Shown here one piece after another: positions 41,654 to 54,857 of a stretch of DNA of 64,000 nucleotides; the stretch's first letter is position 1, and each line of letters opens with the position of its first letter. The translations under genes were made by a program, and so were the position numbers. The notes under the pieces are model-generated. The model saw only the letters and a program-made list of their open reading frames with translations, was not told the DNA's origin and made no database searches. This DNA comes from Rhizobium aquaticum (GTDB taxonomy: Bacteria > Pseudomonadota > Alphaproteobacteria > Rhizobiales > Rhizobiaceae), in assembly GCF_040545545.1 (NCBI RefSeq), contig NZ_JBEPMB010000001.1, positions 807,002-871,001 on the forward strand, given 5' to 3'.

Positions 41654-42883
41654 ATGGACGTGACCGCTTACGACGTCGAGGCCATTCGCCGGGACTTCCC
41701 GATCCTGTCGCGGGAAGTCTATGGCAAGCCGCTCGTCTATCTCGACAACGGCGCTTCGGCCCAGAAGCCGCAGGCCGTGATCGATGCGGTCTCGCACACC
41801 TATAGTCATGAATATGCCAACGTTCATCGCGGCCTGCATTTCCTGTCCAATGCCGCGACGGAAGCTTACGAGGCGTCGCGCGAAAAGGTGCGCCGCTTTC
41901 TGAACGCCGGTTCGGTGGACGAGATTGTCTTCACCAAGTCGTCGACCGAGGCGATCAACACAGTCGCTTACGGCTGGGGCATGCCGCATATCGGCGAGGG
42001 CGACGAGATCGTGCTCACCATCATGGAGCATCACTCCAATATCGTGCCGTGGCATTTCATCCGCGAGCGGCAGGGTGCGAAACTCGTCTGGGTTCCGGTC
42101 GATGACGACGGGGCCTTCCATATCGAGGATTTCGAGAAGTCGCTGACGGAAAAGACGAAGCTTGTCGCGATTACCCATATGTCGAATGCGCTCGGCACGA
42201 TTGTTCCGGTCAAGGAAATCTGCCGCATTGCGCACGAGCGCGGCATTCCGGTTCTGGTCGATGGCTCGCAGGGTGCCGTGCATATGCCGGTAGACGTGCG
42301 CGATATCGATTGCGACTGGTATGTCATGACTGGCCACAAGCTTTACGGCCCGTCGGGCATCGGCGTGCTTTATGGTAAGATGGACCGGATGAAGGCCATG
42401 CGGCCCTTCATGGGCGGCGGCGAGATGATCGTCGATGTCAGCGAAGATGTCGTGACCTATAACGACCCGCCGCATCGTTTCGAGGCAGGAACGCCGCCCA
42501 TCGTGCAGGCGATCGGGCTCGGTTATGCGCTGGACTATATGGAGAAGGTTGGCCGGGCGGCGATTGCTGCCCATGAGGCGGATCTGACGGCCTATGCGAC
42601 GGAGCGTCTCCGGGCGGTGAATTCGCTGAAAGTCTTCGGCAATGCGCCGGGCAAGGGCGGCATTTTCTCCTTCGAGCTTGAAGGCATCCATGCCCATGAC
42701 GTGTCGATGGTCATCGACCGGCAGGGTGTTGCGGTTCGGGCGGGCACGCATTGCGCCCAGCCGCTCTTGAAACGGTTCGGCGTCACGTCCACATGCAGGG
42801 CGTCGTTCGCCATGTACAACACGCGTGCCGAGGTCGACAAACTGGCCGAGGCGCTGGAACAGGCGCGCAAGTTCTTTGCCTGA
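41654..42883 (+). CDS. sufS: Cysteine desulfurase SufS (group II)
   Basis: RAGTHCAQPL active-site Cys and PLP-Lys (TGHKLYGPSG). The ATG is adjacent to the sufD stop. Confidence 0.9.
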   Translation: MDVTAYDVEAIRRDFPILSREVYGKPLVYLDNGASAQKPQAVIDAVSHTYSHEYANVHRGLHFLSNAATEAYEASREKVRRFLNAGSVDEIVFTKSSTEAINTVAYGWGMPHIGEGDEIVLTIMEHHSNIVPWHFIRERQGAKLVWVPVDDDGAFHIEDFEKSLTEKTKLVAITHMSNALGTIVPVKEICRIAHERGIPVLVDGSQGAVHMPVDVRDIDCDWYVMTGHKLYGPSGIGVLYGKMDRMKAMRPFMGGGEMIVDVSEDVVTYNDPPHRFEAGTPPIVQAIGLGYALDYMEKVGRAAIAAHEADLTAYATERLRAVNSLKVFGNAPGKGGIFSFELEGIHAHDVSMVIDRQGVAVRAGTHCAQPLLKRFGVTSTCRASFAMYNTRAEVDKLAEALEQARKFFA

Positions 42884-42896
42884 AAGTGAGAGTGCC

Positions 42897-43304
42897 ATGA
42901 GCGCAAATGAAGCAACCACCGCGAATGATGCCGTCACCGACGAGGCTCAGGCCGAGATTCGCGAAGGCATCATGCAATCCTCCATCCCGGCGGATGAACT
43001 CGCCCGCCTGTCGGACGACATCATTGCCGCGTTGAAGACGGTCTACGATCCGGAAATCCCCTCGGACATCTTTGAACTCGGGCTGATCTACAAGATCGAT
43101 GTCGAGGATGACCGCATGGTCAAGATCGACATGACGCTGACGGCGCCGGGTTGCCCGGTTGCCGGAGAGATGCCAGGTTGGGTGGAGAATGCTGTGGGTG
43201 CGGTCGAGGGCGTGTCGGGCGTCGAGGTCAAGATGGTGTTCGAGCCGCCGTGGTCTCCTGCCCGCATGTCGGAAGAGGCGCAGGTGGCGCTTGGCTGGTA
43301 CTGA
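42897..43304 (+). CDS. sufT: SufT-like DUF59/MIP18 Fe-S assembly protein
   Basis: DPEIP...DIFELGLIY...LTAPGCP motif. ATG 42897. Confidence 0.75.
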   Translation: MSANEATTANDAVTDEAQAEIREGIMQSSIPADELARLSDDIIAALKTVYDPEIPSDIFELGLIYKIDVEDDRMVKIDMTLTAPGCPVAGEMPGWVENAVGAVEGVSGVEVKMVFEPPWSPARMSEEAQVALGWY

Positions 43305-43401
43305 TGCCTTTTCGGTGGCTGCGTATTGAAGGCTTAACCGGGCAGGACTACATTCAGACCACGAAGCGCGGGCCTTGAACCCGTTGCGGAAGGAGAGACA
43401 A

Positions 43402-43782
43402 ATGGCTTTTCAGGTCATGACATTGAGCGATGCTGCGGCCGACCGGGTCAAGGCAATCGTTGAAAACAGCGGTCCGGATGCGCAAGGCATTCGCGTGTCG
43501 ATCCGCAAGGGCGGCTGCGCCGGCATGGAATATGCCGTCGATCTCGTCTCCGAGCCCAATGCCAAGGATGATTTCATCGAGCGCGATGGCGCGAAGGTCT
43601 GGGTCGATCCGGCTGCCATCCTCTATCTCCTCGGCACGCAGATGGACTTCGAGACGACCAAGCTGCGCTCCGGTTTCGTCTTTAACAACCCGAACCAGAC
43701 ATCGGCCTGCGGTTGCGGCGAATCGGTCGAGCTGAAGCCGGCGGACCTCGCCAAGCTTGCCGGTCTTGAGGCGCGCGTCTGA
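43402..43782 (+). CDS. sufA: A-type Fe-S carrier SufA/IscA/ErpA family
   Basis: GGCAG...CGCGES three-Cys motif. ATG with an AAGGAGAGA RBS. Confidence 0.85.
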   Translation: MAFQVMTLSDAAADRVKAIVENSGPDAQGIRVSIRKGGCAGMEYAVDLVSEPNAKDDFIERDGAKVWVDPAAILYLLGTQMDFETTKLRSGFVFNNPNQTSACGCGESVELKPADLAKLAGLEARV

Positions 43783-43917
43783 TCATATGCAGATCGGCAT
43801 ATTCTTTGCCGATTGCCGGTTCCGCGCATTGACAATTGCAAGCCTTCAACGTTTCTTGCGGTTCGGTAAGCCCGCAAAGCCGGGGGCGCTCACAGCTTCT
43901 TCCAAACCACACGAGCC

Positions 43918-45774
43918 GTGTGTACGAAGCCGCCCGCGAACGGGATCGAAAGGCCTGAACGCGTGTTATCTCTCTCTGTCATTTCGCATGCTGTCGCCGC
44001 AGTCATTCCGGAGCCGGCTTTCATCGTGCTTCTCGATGGCAGATACATGACCGACAACAAGCAGTTCCGCGCCCGTTTCGGTCTTGCGGAAGGAGAGCTG
44101 AGCGGCAAGCGCATTTCAGATATCAGTGTGAGGGTGCTGGGCTTCAGCGCATTCACTCGTATGCGACTCTCGCTGCCGCCCATCGCGGAGGAGGTGAACG
44201 TCATCGTTCAGCCGTTTCTGGTGCGAAATGTGGCGGTCGGCTATTGCGTCCGCCTTGACGAGGCTGCCGGTAACGAACTGGCCCTTGAGGATATAGGCAG
44301 TTTTGTTCAGCGGGCCATCGATGGTCTCGCCTCTGGGGTTACGGTCTGGGACGCCGGCGATCGGCTTCTTGTCGCCAGTAGGCAGGTCGTGGAGCGCTAC
44401 GCACGGTTCGGTATCGCTCTGCTGCCGGGCGTGGATCGCGTAGAGACGATCCGGGCAGCCTTGAAATCCGGCGTATTGGGTGACCGATATCGCGGCATGA
44501 CCATCTCCGCGCAGGAGCTTTCGAGACAGCGCGGATTTAACCGGCCCTTCATTTCCGGGACCTCGACCATCGAACGGGTTTCCGCAGACGAGTGGATCAA
44601 GGTCACGTCCCATGTCTGCGATAGCGATCTCATCGTCAGCTTTTACGAGACAATCGAAGAGCCGCACGAAAACCAGATCAAGCCAGCGGAGACGGCGGAG
44701 TATCTTCTGACGCTGTTGCGGTATCTTCCCGATTTTGTCGTTCATATGGACATGAATGGAAAGCCGGAATTCATCAACGCCCCCTTCGCCGAGGCGCTTG
44801 GGCTCGATGGATGGGAGGCCGCGCAGGCTCTTTCCGAGGAATTTTTTGCCGATACATTCGGGACCTCGCTGCGGGATAGGGTTCAGGAGCTCACCGTGAA
44901 TGGTCCGCCGATCTCTTTCGACCAGCGCCTGCGCAAGGCCGACAATACGTTCATGTGGCTGCGCTGGAGCGCGCACGGGCTGTTTCACGGCGACAAGCCC
45001 TTGGGGATCGTTGCGACCGGGCGCAATATCACGCTCGAATATTCGCAGCAGCAGGAGCTGAAGCACCAGAGCGACGAGCTTGCCAAGAAGAACAAGTCGC
45101 TGGAGCAGTTTGCCGCTGTCGTATCCCACGATCTCAAGGCGCCGCTTCGTCATATTTCGGTGTTTTCTGACATGATCGTGGAGGAGGCGGCCCAGGGCAA
45201 TCTGGCCGATGTGCAGGTCTACGCACAACAGGTGCGCAACTCCGCGCAGCGTATGGACCGGGTGATTCGCAGGTTGCTCGAATATTCGCAGATCGCCTAC
45301 AAGATAGCCGCTTTCAGCCGGGTCAATCTGGCCGATATCGCCATCCAGGCTATCCAGAACCTCGAAAGCCAGATCGACGAAGCAAAAGCCGAACTTTTGC
45401 TGTCAAAATTGCCTTCGATCAATGGCGACCCCGATTTGATGCGTCATCTGTTGCAAAACCTGATCGCTAACGCGGTCAAATATCGTCGCAAGGGGGTTGC
45501 GCCGCGGGTGCGGATCTATGCAACCGACAAGGGGGCCATGGTGAATCTTGTAGTCGAGGATAACGGCATCGGCGTCGATCCGAAATTTGCCGACCGCATA
45601 TTCACGGCGTTCCAGCGCCTCCACAGCGATGACAAGACCTATGAAGGGTTTGGCGTCGGGCTCGCGCTCTGCAAGCAGATCGCGGAAAGCCATCGCGGCG
45701 TTATCGAACTCGACACGACCTACCGCGGCGGCGCCCGCTTCGTCGTTCGTCTGCCGCAGCATGTGAATCAATAG
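43918..45774 (+). CDS. PAS-domain sensor histidine kinase
   Basis: HisKA H-box VSHDLKAPLRHI plus HATPase N/G boxes, with PAS-like repeats upstream. The start is uncertain: GTG 43918 or ATG 44047. Confidence 0.75.
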   Translation: MCTKPPANGIERPERVLSLSVISHAVAAVIPEPAFIVLLDGRYMTDNKQFRARFGLAEGELSGKRISDISVRVLGFSAFTRMRLSLPPIAEEVNVIVQPFLVRNVAVGYCVRLDEAAGNELALEDIGSFVQRAIDGLASGVTVWDAGDRLLVASRQVVERYARFGIALLPGVDRVETIRAALKSGVLGDRYRGMTISAQELSRQRGFNRPFISGTSTIERVSADEWIKVTSHVCDSDLIVSFYETIEEPHENQIKPAETAEYLLTLLRYLPDFVVHMDMNGKPEFINAPFAEALGLDGWEAAQALSEEFFADTFGTSLRDRVQELTVNGPPISFDQRLRKADNTFMWLRWSAHGLFHGDKPLGIVATGRNITLEYSQQQELKHQSDELAKKNKSLEQFAAVVSHDLKAPLRHISVFSDMIVEEAAQGNLADVQVYAQQVRNSAQRMDRVIRRLLEYSQIAYKIAAFSRVNLADIAIQAIQNLESQIDEAKAELLLSKLPSINGDPDLMRHLLQNLIANAVKYRRKGVAPRVRIYATDKGAMVNLVVEDNGIGVDPKFADRIFTAFQRLHSDDKTYEGFGVGLALCKQIAESHRGVIELDTTYRGGARFVVRLPQHVNQ

Positions 45775-45798
45775 GAGCAGCCCTTGAGCCTGGAACCC

Positions 45799-46191
45799 AT
45801 GCGTATTCTGGTGATTGAGGATGATCCGATCGACTTCTCGCTGGTCAAGAAGGGATTTGAAGGCGTCGATGCGCCTGTGGAACTATTCCACTGTCCCTCG
45901 GCCAACCGGGTGAAGGAAATGCTGGAGGCTAGAGCCTGCAAGATTGTGCTGCTCGATCTCAGCCTCGGTCGTGACACCGGCATGGATGTTCTGCGCATGA
46001 TCCGCGCCGACGAGAGGTTTGCCGCGCTTCCCGTGATCGTGCTTTCCTCCTCGTCCAATCATCGCGACGTGTCAGAGGGCTATGCGGCGGGCGCAAATGC
46101 CTATGTCGAGAAGCCCCTGACGATGGAACTCTATAGGCGATTTGCGCGCGCCTTCTGCGCTTTCTGGGTCGATGTCGCCGTGATGACCTGA
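45799..46191 (+). CDS. Stand-alone response-regulator receiver domain
   Basis: MRILVIEDD...LLDLSL...KP receiver motifs. No output domain. Confidence 0.8.
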   Translation: MRILVIEDDPIDFSLVKKGFEGVDAPVELFHCPSANRVKEMLEARACKIVLLDLSLGRDTGMDVLRMIRADERFAALPVIVLSSSSNHRDVSEGYAAGANAYVEKPLTMELYRRFARAFCAFWVDVAVMT

Positions 46192-46215
46192 ATGGCCAAT
46201 CACCCGCCCATATCG

Positions 46216-46704
46216 CTATTTCGGTGGGACGATGGTGAACTTGTACTTGCCCGAAATGGCGATCATGGCTTCCACGTCCGCCATCGAGAGCGGTGGTGCC
46301 TGGACGTTGCGGATGCCCGGATGGCCGATCTCGGTGAACATGCCTTCCATGCCCGGCGGGTTGTACATGAAGAGCATCTTGGCATTGTTCTTGTCGACAT
46401 TCTTGAAGCTGTGAACCATGCCGCGAGGAACGAAGACCGTCGTGCCGGGCAGAGCGTCGATGACCTCGTCACCCACGCTGAACGTCACCTTGCCCTCCAG
46501 AAGGATGAAGGTCTCATCCTCGGCATTGTGGTGGTGCGGCGGCGGCCCGGTCTCCGGAGGCACGATGGCCTCCAGCAAAGTGAAGGCCCCGCCCGTCTGG
46601 GCACCGCTCAATAGGATCGTGTAGGTATCGCCGACCAGAAAGACGGTCTCGCCGCCATCGGGACCGACACAAACGGGCTTCAGCCCGGACGTTTCAATCG
46701 ACAT
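46216..46704 (-). CDS. Cupin-domain protein
   Basis: HHHNAEDETFILLEG...G-x-x-H motifs. ATG with an AGGGGGAAA RBS. Confidence 0.75.
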   Translation of the reverse strand: MSIETSGLKPVCVGPDGGETVFLVGDTYTILLSGAQTGGAFTLLEAIVPPETGPPPHHHNAEDETFILLEGKVTFSVGDEVIDALPGTTVFVPRGMVHSFKNVDKNNAKMLFMYNPPGMEGMFTEIGHPGIRNVQAPPLSMADVEAMIAISGKYKFTIVPPK

Positions 46705-46824
46705 AAGATTTCCCCCTGTTATGCCGAGGGAAAAATATCAAATTTCTAATGTTATGCCAGCTTGAATCTTGATGGAATGCAATTCAAGCGGGCACAACAG
46801 CAGTTTCGGAATTAATGGCAGAGC

Positions 46825-49689
<2,865 letters not shown>

Positions 49690-49765
49690 CGGGGTTGGTT
49701 CCGGTTCTTGGAATGGGTTGTCTTGTGCGAGGGGCCTATCTGGTCCCTCGTCTTTGCGCTTCGTT

Positions 49766-49873
49766 CGGCCCTTTCGGGCCGCCCCCTCATCTGCCTGCCG
49801 GCATCTTCTCCCCTATGGGGAGAAGCGTGCTGGAGCCGCAGCCTGTCGGATCTCCTCGCCCCTTGGGGAGAGG
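49766..49873. repeat. Cluster of REP/RIME-like GC-rich palindromes in the gcvH-gcvP spacer
   Basis: Hairpins cggccctttcgggccg, cttctcccctatggggagaag and cctcgccccttggggagagg. The GGGGAGAG core recurs in the hairpins at 8700-8750. Confidence 0.5.
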
Positions 49874-49916
49874 TCCGCCGAGCGGAGCGGAGGAGGGGTG
49901 AGGGGTGGCCTCTGGC

Positions 49917-50279
49917 TCAGGCGATCAGCGCCTCATAAGCCGCCTTGTCCAGCAGTGCTGCGGCATCGGCCGGGTTGGCGAGCTTCAGCTTGAAGAACCA
50001 GGCAGCACCTTCCGGGTCGGAGCCGACGAGCGACGGGTCGTTGACGATGGCCTGATTGACTTCGACGATCTCGCCGTCGAGCGGGCAGTAGACTTCCGAG
50101 GCTGCCTTGACGGACTCGACGGTTGCGGCGGCGGCACCCTTGGCGAAGGCTGCACCTTCCTCCGGCAATTCGACGAAGACGAGATCGCCGAGCTGTTCGG
50201 AGGCGTGGGTGGTGATGCCGACAGTCGCGACATCGCCTTCAACGAGTAGCCATTCGTGTTCTTCGGTGAATTTCAGCAT
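49917..50279 (-). CDS. gcvH: Glycine cleavage system H protein
   Basis: Lipoyl-lysine context ESVKAAS. 120 aa. Confidence 0.9.
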   Translation of the reverse strand: MLKFTEEHEWLLVEGDVATVGITTHASEQLGDLVFVELPEEGAAFAKGAAAATVESVKAASEVYCPLDGEIVEVNQAIVNDPSLVGSDPEGAAWFFKLKLANPADAAALLDKAAYEALIA

Positions 50280-50317
50280 GGATTTCCCCTTATGTGTTGA
50301 TGTCTGGGAGTTTGAAA

Positions 50318-51475
50318 TCAGCGTTTGTAGCCGGGTGTGATGAAAGGAAGGGCGCAGACGCTGACGGGCAGGTATTTGCCACGGACTTCTGCGTAGAGCG
50401 TTGTGCCGGGTGCGGCAAACTCGGAGCCGACATAGCCCATGGCGACCGGGCCCTCGACCGTCGGGCCGAAGCCGCCGGAGGTGACTTCGCCAACTTGTCT
50501 CGCGCCTGCCTCATCGGCAAAGAGCGCGGTATGGCCACGGACCGGGGCCTTGCCTTCGGGCTTCAGGCCGACACGGAGGCGGGTGACGCTCTCATCCAGA
50601 CCTTTCAGAACGGCATCGGCACCCGGAAAACCGCCGGCGCGCGCGCCGCCTGTGCGACGGACCTTCTGGATGGCCCAGTTGAGGGCTGCTTCCGGAGGCG
50701 TCGTGGTCGTGTCGATGTCGTTGCCATAGAGGCAGAGGCCGGCTTCGAGACGAAGCGAGTCACGCGCGCCAAGACCGATCGGCATGACACTGTCGATGGA
50801 GAGCAACGCGCGGGCCAGTTCCTCGGCCTTCTCGTTCGGCACGGAGATTTCATAACCGTCTTCGCCGGAATAGCCGGAGCGGGAGACGATACAGTCGGCG
50901 CCGACGAGGGTCACGGACGCGACATCCATGAACTTCATGGCGGCGGTTTCAGGGGCGAGGCTGGCAAGCGCTGTTTCCGCCTTCGGGCCTTGAAGCGCGA
51001 TCAGCGCGCGCTCGGGCAACGGCGTGACGGTGCAGTTGTTCCCGATATGCTTTTCCAGATGCGCGAAATCCGCGTCCTTGCAGGCGGCGTTGACGACGAA
51101 GAAGAAATGGTCGCCGCGATTGACGATCATCAAGTCGTCAAGAATGCCACCGGTCTCGTTGGTGAAGAGTGCATAACGCTGGCGGCCTGGGGTAAGGCCG
51201 AGCACATCGACGGGGACGAGCGTTTCGAGCGCCTTGGCCGCATCGGCATTGTCGCCGGATTTTGCCTTCACGATAACCTGACCCATGTGGGACACGTCGA
51301 ACAGGCCGGCATTGGTACGCGTATGCAAATGCTCTTTCAGCACACCGGCGGGATATTGCACGGGCATGTCATAGCCGGCAAAGGGCACCATGCGGGCGCC
51401 AAGCTCCAGATGGAGCGCGTGAAGCGGGGTCTTTTTCAGATCTGTCTCGGCGCTCAAGAGCGGGTCTCCGGGCAA
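50318..51475 (-). CDS. gcvT: Glycine cleavage system aminomethyltransferase T
   Basis: [30 protein letters not shown]-terminus. TTG start. Confidence 0.9.
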   Translation of the reverse strand: MPGDPLLSAETDLKKTPLHALHLELGARMVPFAGYDMPVQYPAGVLKEHLHTRTNAGLFDVSHMGQVIVKAKSGDNADAAKALETLVPVDVLGLTPGRQRYALFTNETGGILDDLMIVNRGDHFFFVVNAACKDADFAHLEKHIGNNCTVTPLPERALIALQGPKAETALASLAPETAAMKFMDVASVTLVGADCIVSRSGYSGEDGYEISVPNEKAEELARALLSIDSVMPIGLGARDSLRLEAGLCLYGNDIDTTTTPPEAALNWAIQKVRRTGGARAGGFPGADAVLKGLDESVTRLRVGLKPEGKAPVRGHTALFADEAGARQVGEVTSGGFGPTVEGPVAMGYVGSEFAAPGTTLYAEVRGKYLPVSVCALPFITPGYKR

Positions 51476-51524
51476 GGGCGTGATTACGCCGGCTCATTCG
51501 ATTGGGCGCGGATGCGCCGGTTTC

Positions 51525-51700
51525 TCCTTGAGCCCCCTCTGTCCCTTTTGCCTGAGATTGTTATCCCTTCGGCATGCGGGTCTGACCCGCCATTCTCCAG
51601 AGTGCAGTTCCGATCCGTTGGTCCTTTGGCCTGAGAGTTTCCGGGGCGGTTGCTCCTTCGGCACCAGTCGTGATCAACGACTGGATTCTCCCAACGGGGT
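51525..51700 (-). ncRNA. Tandem glycine riboswitch (two aptamers) in the gcvT leader
   Basis: Minus-strand GGAGA...ACTGGTGCCGAAGGAGCAA...CTCTCAGGCcAAAGGACC, then CTCTGGAGA...ATGCCGAAGGGatAA...CTCAGGCAAAAGGGACAG. Confidence 0.8.
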
Positions 51701-51859
51701 GGTCCAATTATTTGGTCGGCATGGCATTTGACAAGAGGGAAATGACGTTGTGACACAAAAAAATGTCGCAACAGAGATTCGCATAAACGCCAACGAGCGC
51801 GGCATCGCTGCCACGCTTGATCCAAAACGCCGAACGGGTACGTCCGGTTTTACTTGCCG

Positions 51860-52141
51860 TTACTTGCCGTGACCATTTGCCAGATACGCGGCTGTCGCGT
51901 GCTGAGGCGTCGACTGCGGCACCTTGTGGTGGCTCGCCGTCAGGAATGTCAGAGCCAGTGATGGCGGATGCACCAATTGCAGAAGCGATCGATCGGCGAT
52001 GTCTCCATCGGCGATTGCCTTTGCATGCCAGTCTTCGATGGCTGCGACCATCGGATTGTATGTCGCGGTCCGAACCGCTGCCTTGTAGTTGTCACTAACA
52101 GCTGCAGCGGTAGGAGCCGACACGGTGATTACCTGTGCCAT
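51860..52141 (-). CDS. Orphan hypothetical protein (93 aa)
   Basis: ATG with an AGGACA-like RBS. No recognisable family. The gene ends in a 10-bp tandem duplication. A 220-bp AT-rich region lies upstream. Confidence 0.3.
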   Translation of the reverse strand: MAQVITVSAPTAAAVSDNYKAAVRTATYNPMVAAIEDWHAKAIADGDIADRSLLQLVHPPSLALTFLTASHHKVPQSTPQHATAAYLANGHGK

Positions 52142-52367
52142 GTTCGATTGTCCTGTTGCTCAAGGACCCTCTGTTTCATTGACAGGTGCAGAATAGCGCA
52201 ACTTCTATTATCTGCCGTAAAACAACTTGGTAAAAGTTTATAGAATCCTAAATTGGTTATATTCCCGTTGTTTACCTGTGTGGCGAAGGAAAACTAAGGT
52301 TCGACTGCGGTCTTGAATTCCGTGCGGGAACGTTGCACATCAGGCGCGACGAAGGAGAGGTTCAGCG

Positions 52368-53252
52368 ATGTCCGGTTCGAGAGCAATCGATCATCTTGTC
52401 CTGGCAGTGACGGATCTCGCGACCGGGCGGGCGCGGCTGACCTCGCTGGGATTTACCGTCGCGCCGGATGCTCGCCATCCGTTCGGCACTGAAAATGCTT
52501 GTGTTTTCCTCAAGGACGGAACCTATCTGGAGCCGCTGGCAATTGGCTCTGGTGCAGATAGTCTCGCGACAGCACGCGCTGGCAATGTCTTTACTGCCCG
52601 CGATCGCGCATTTCGGTTCCGTCATGGACCTGAAGGGCTCGAGGCTGTGGTCTTCCAAACCACCGATGCGCAGGCCGATCATCATGCCTATGAGGAAGCC
52701 GGCTTTTCGGCCGGCCGGATGCTGGATTTTTCGCGACCCTTCCGCACGCCGGACGGCGCGGAAAGTGTTGCCTCGTTCCGGCTTGCCTTTGCCGCCGATC
52801 TCCGATCGCCGGATTTCTACGCATTCACCTGCCAGCGCATCAACACGCCGGCTGCGGATCGTTCGGCGCTGATGGCGCATGAGAATGGCGTGACCGGATT
52901 GGCCGGCGTGACCCTGTGTGAGCCGCATCCGCAGGATTTCGCAGATTTCCTGGGTGTTGTCTCGCGCGGCGGTCGGCCCGAGCCGATCGGAGACAGGTTG
53001 GAAATGCCGGCGGGTGGCGCGGGTCTCTCCGTGGTGACGCATTCCGAATTCGAATCACGGTTCGGCCGGAAATATTGCGGTCATGCCCGCGGCTTGAGAG
53101 GCCGTGCAGTTTCGTTTCATGTCGGCTCGCTTGCAGAGACGGCAACACTTTTGCGCCGCAATGGCGTGGTTCACGAGATGATCGGCAACAGGCTGGTCGT
53201 CCCCGAGGCGTCCGGGCAGGGCGTGCTCTATAGCTTTGAGGAACAGGCATGA
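52368..53252 (+). CDS. VOC-family (glyoxalase/dioxygenase-like) two-domain protein
   Basis: Paired betaalphabetabetabeta VOC-like halves. RBS GAAGGAGAGG. The stop overlaps the kdsA start (ATGA). Confidence 0.7.
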   Translation: MSGSRAIDHLVLAVTDLATGRARLTSLGFTVAPDARHPFGTENACVFLKDGTYLEPLAIGSGADSLATARAGNVFTARDRAFRFRHGPEGLEAVVFQTTDAQADHHAYEEAGFSAGRMLDFSRPFRTPDGAESVASFRLAFAADLRSPDFYAFTCQRINTPAADRSALMAHENGVTGLAGVTLCEPHPQDFADFLGVVSRGGRPEPIGDRLEMPAGGAGLSVVTHSEFESRFGRKYCGHARGLRGRAVSFHVGSLAETATLLRRNGVVHEMIGNRLVVPEASGQGVLYSFEEQA

Positions 53253-54097
53253 CTGACGTGAAGACCAGTGCGAGCGTGACGATCGGTTCGGGCGCGGGTG
53301 CCGTGACATTTTCCAACACGGGCCGTCTGTCGCTGATCGCCGGCCCCTGCCAGATGGAAAGCCGCGACCATGCCTTCGAGATGGCCGGTGCGCTGAAGGA
53401 CATCTGCGCCAAGCTGAATATCGGCTTTGTCTACAAGTCATCCTTCGACAAGGCGAACCGCACGTCGCTTTCGGCCGGACGCGGGATCGGGCTTGAGAAG
53501 GCGATGGAGGTCTTTGCCGATCTGAAGAAGACCTTCGGTTTCCCGGTCATCACCGACATTCACACAGAGGAACAATGCGCCATCGTCGCCGAGACCGTCG
53601 ATGTTCTGCAGATCCCGGCCTTCCTGTGCCGTCAGACCGATCTTCTGGTTGCTGCAGCCAAGACCGGCAAGGCAATCAACGTCAAGAAGGGCCAGTTTCT
53701 GGCACCCTGGGACATGAAGAACGTGCTCAACAAGCTGAACGCCAGCGGTAACCCGAATGTGCTGCTCTGCGAACGCGGCGCCTCCTTCGGCTACAATACG
53801 CTCGTATCCGACATGCGCTCGCTGCCGATCATGGCGGCAATGGGCGCGCCGGTGATCTTCGATGCCACGCATTCTGTTCAGCAACCGGGCGGGCAGGGTG
53901 GCTCGACGGGCGGACAGCGTGAGTTTGTCGAAACGCTGGCGCGCGCCGCTGTTGCGGTGGGCGTCGCGGGCGTCTTTATTGAGACGCATGAGGATCCCGA
54001 TCATGCACCTTCCGACGGGCCAAACATGGTGCATCTGAAGGATATGCCGCGGCTTTTGGAAAAGTTGCTTGCCTTTGACGCCGTCGCCAAGGGCTGA
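53249..54097 (+). CDS. kdsA: 3-deoxy-8-phosphooctulonate (KDO-8-P) synthase
   Basis: [10 protein letters not shown]...DIHTEEQ...KKGQF...[17 protein letters not shown]8P-synthase blocks. Confidence 0.9.
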   Translation: MTDVKTSASVTIGSGAGAVTFSNTGRLSLIAGPCQMESRDHAFEMAGALKDICAKLNIGFVYKSSFDKANRTSLSAGRGIGLEKAMEVFADLKKTFGFPVITDIHTEEQCAIVAETVDVLQIPAFLCRQTDLLVAAAKTGKAINVKKGQFLAPWDMKNVLNKLNASGNPNVLLCERGASFGYNTLVSDMRSLPIMAAMGAPVIFDATHSVQQPGGQGGSTGGQREFVETLARAAVAVGVAGVFIETHEDPDHAPSDGPNMVHLKDMPRLLEKLLAFDAVAKG

Positions 54098-54101
54098 TCT
54101 G

Positions 54102-54857
54102 TTGCGCTGGCGCCGCGTTCTGGGATTCGCCGCAGGCCTGTTGGCCGCTGTTCCCGTCGCGGCCCATGCGACAGCCAATTGCGAATGGACCGGCTATCTC
54201 GGCAACGACTATGCCGTCTGCACCTTCGATCCCGCCAGGGACAATATCCGGCTTTTTAACGCGGATGCGACCGGCAAGGCCTATGGCGGGTTCCGGGCGC
54301 TCGGGCGCGATATCTGGTTTTCCGGCAAGCATGTCATCCGCTTCGCCATGAATGCCGGCATGTATCATTCGGACTTGAGCCCTGTCGGACTGCATGTCGA
54401 GGAAGGCGTCGAGAAACACGGTCTGGTGCGGGGCGGCGGATGGGGCAATTTCTTCCTGCGGCCCAACGGCGTCTTCTATATCGGCAAGGATGGCAAGGCG
54501 GGCGTCATGGAGACAGAGGCCTATGCGGCCACCGGCATCCAGCCGAGGCTTGCAACGCAATCCGGTCCCATGCTCGTCGTCGACGGGAAGATCCATCCCG
54601 CCTTTCTCCCCCAGAGCGACAGCCTGAAACTGCGCAACGGCGTCGGCGTCGATGACAAGGGCAGGGTGGTGTTCGTTGTCACCAGGGGGCCTGTGCGGTT
54701 TTACGATTTCGCGCTGTTCTATCGCGATGTGCTGAACTGCCGGAACGCGCTCTTTCTCGACGGGTCCATCTCCAGCATGATGGTCCCCGCCTGGGGCCGG
54801 CGCGACGAGAGCGAGCCGCTGGGGCCGATCATCGCCGTCACCGACAGCCTTCCCTGA
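54102..54857 (+). CDS. Phosphodiester glycosidase / DUF2233 family secreted protein
   Basis: Signal peptide then a YigE/DUF2233-like body. Start guessed at TTG 54102, just after the kdsA stop. Confidence 0.6.
   Translation: MRWRRVLGFAAGLLAAVPVAAHATANCEWTGYLGNDYAVCTFDPARDNIRLFNADATGKAYGGFRALGRDIWFSGKHVIRFAMNAGMYHSDLSPVGLHVEEGVEKHGLVRGGGWGNFFLRPNGVFYIGKDGKAGVMETEAYAATGIQPRLATQSGPMLVVDGKIHPAFLPQSDSLKLRNGVGVDDKGRVVFVVTRGPVRFYDFALFYRDVLNCRNALFLDGSISSMMVPAWGRRDESEPLGPIIAVTDSLP

Noticed and set aside
40291-42937. Long minus-strand ORFs (450 aa and 568 aa)
   Set aside because: Antisense to sufD and sufS, whose identity is clear.
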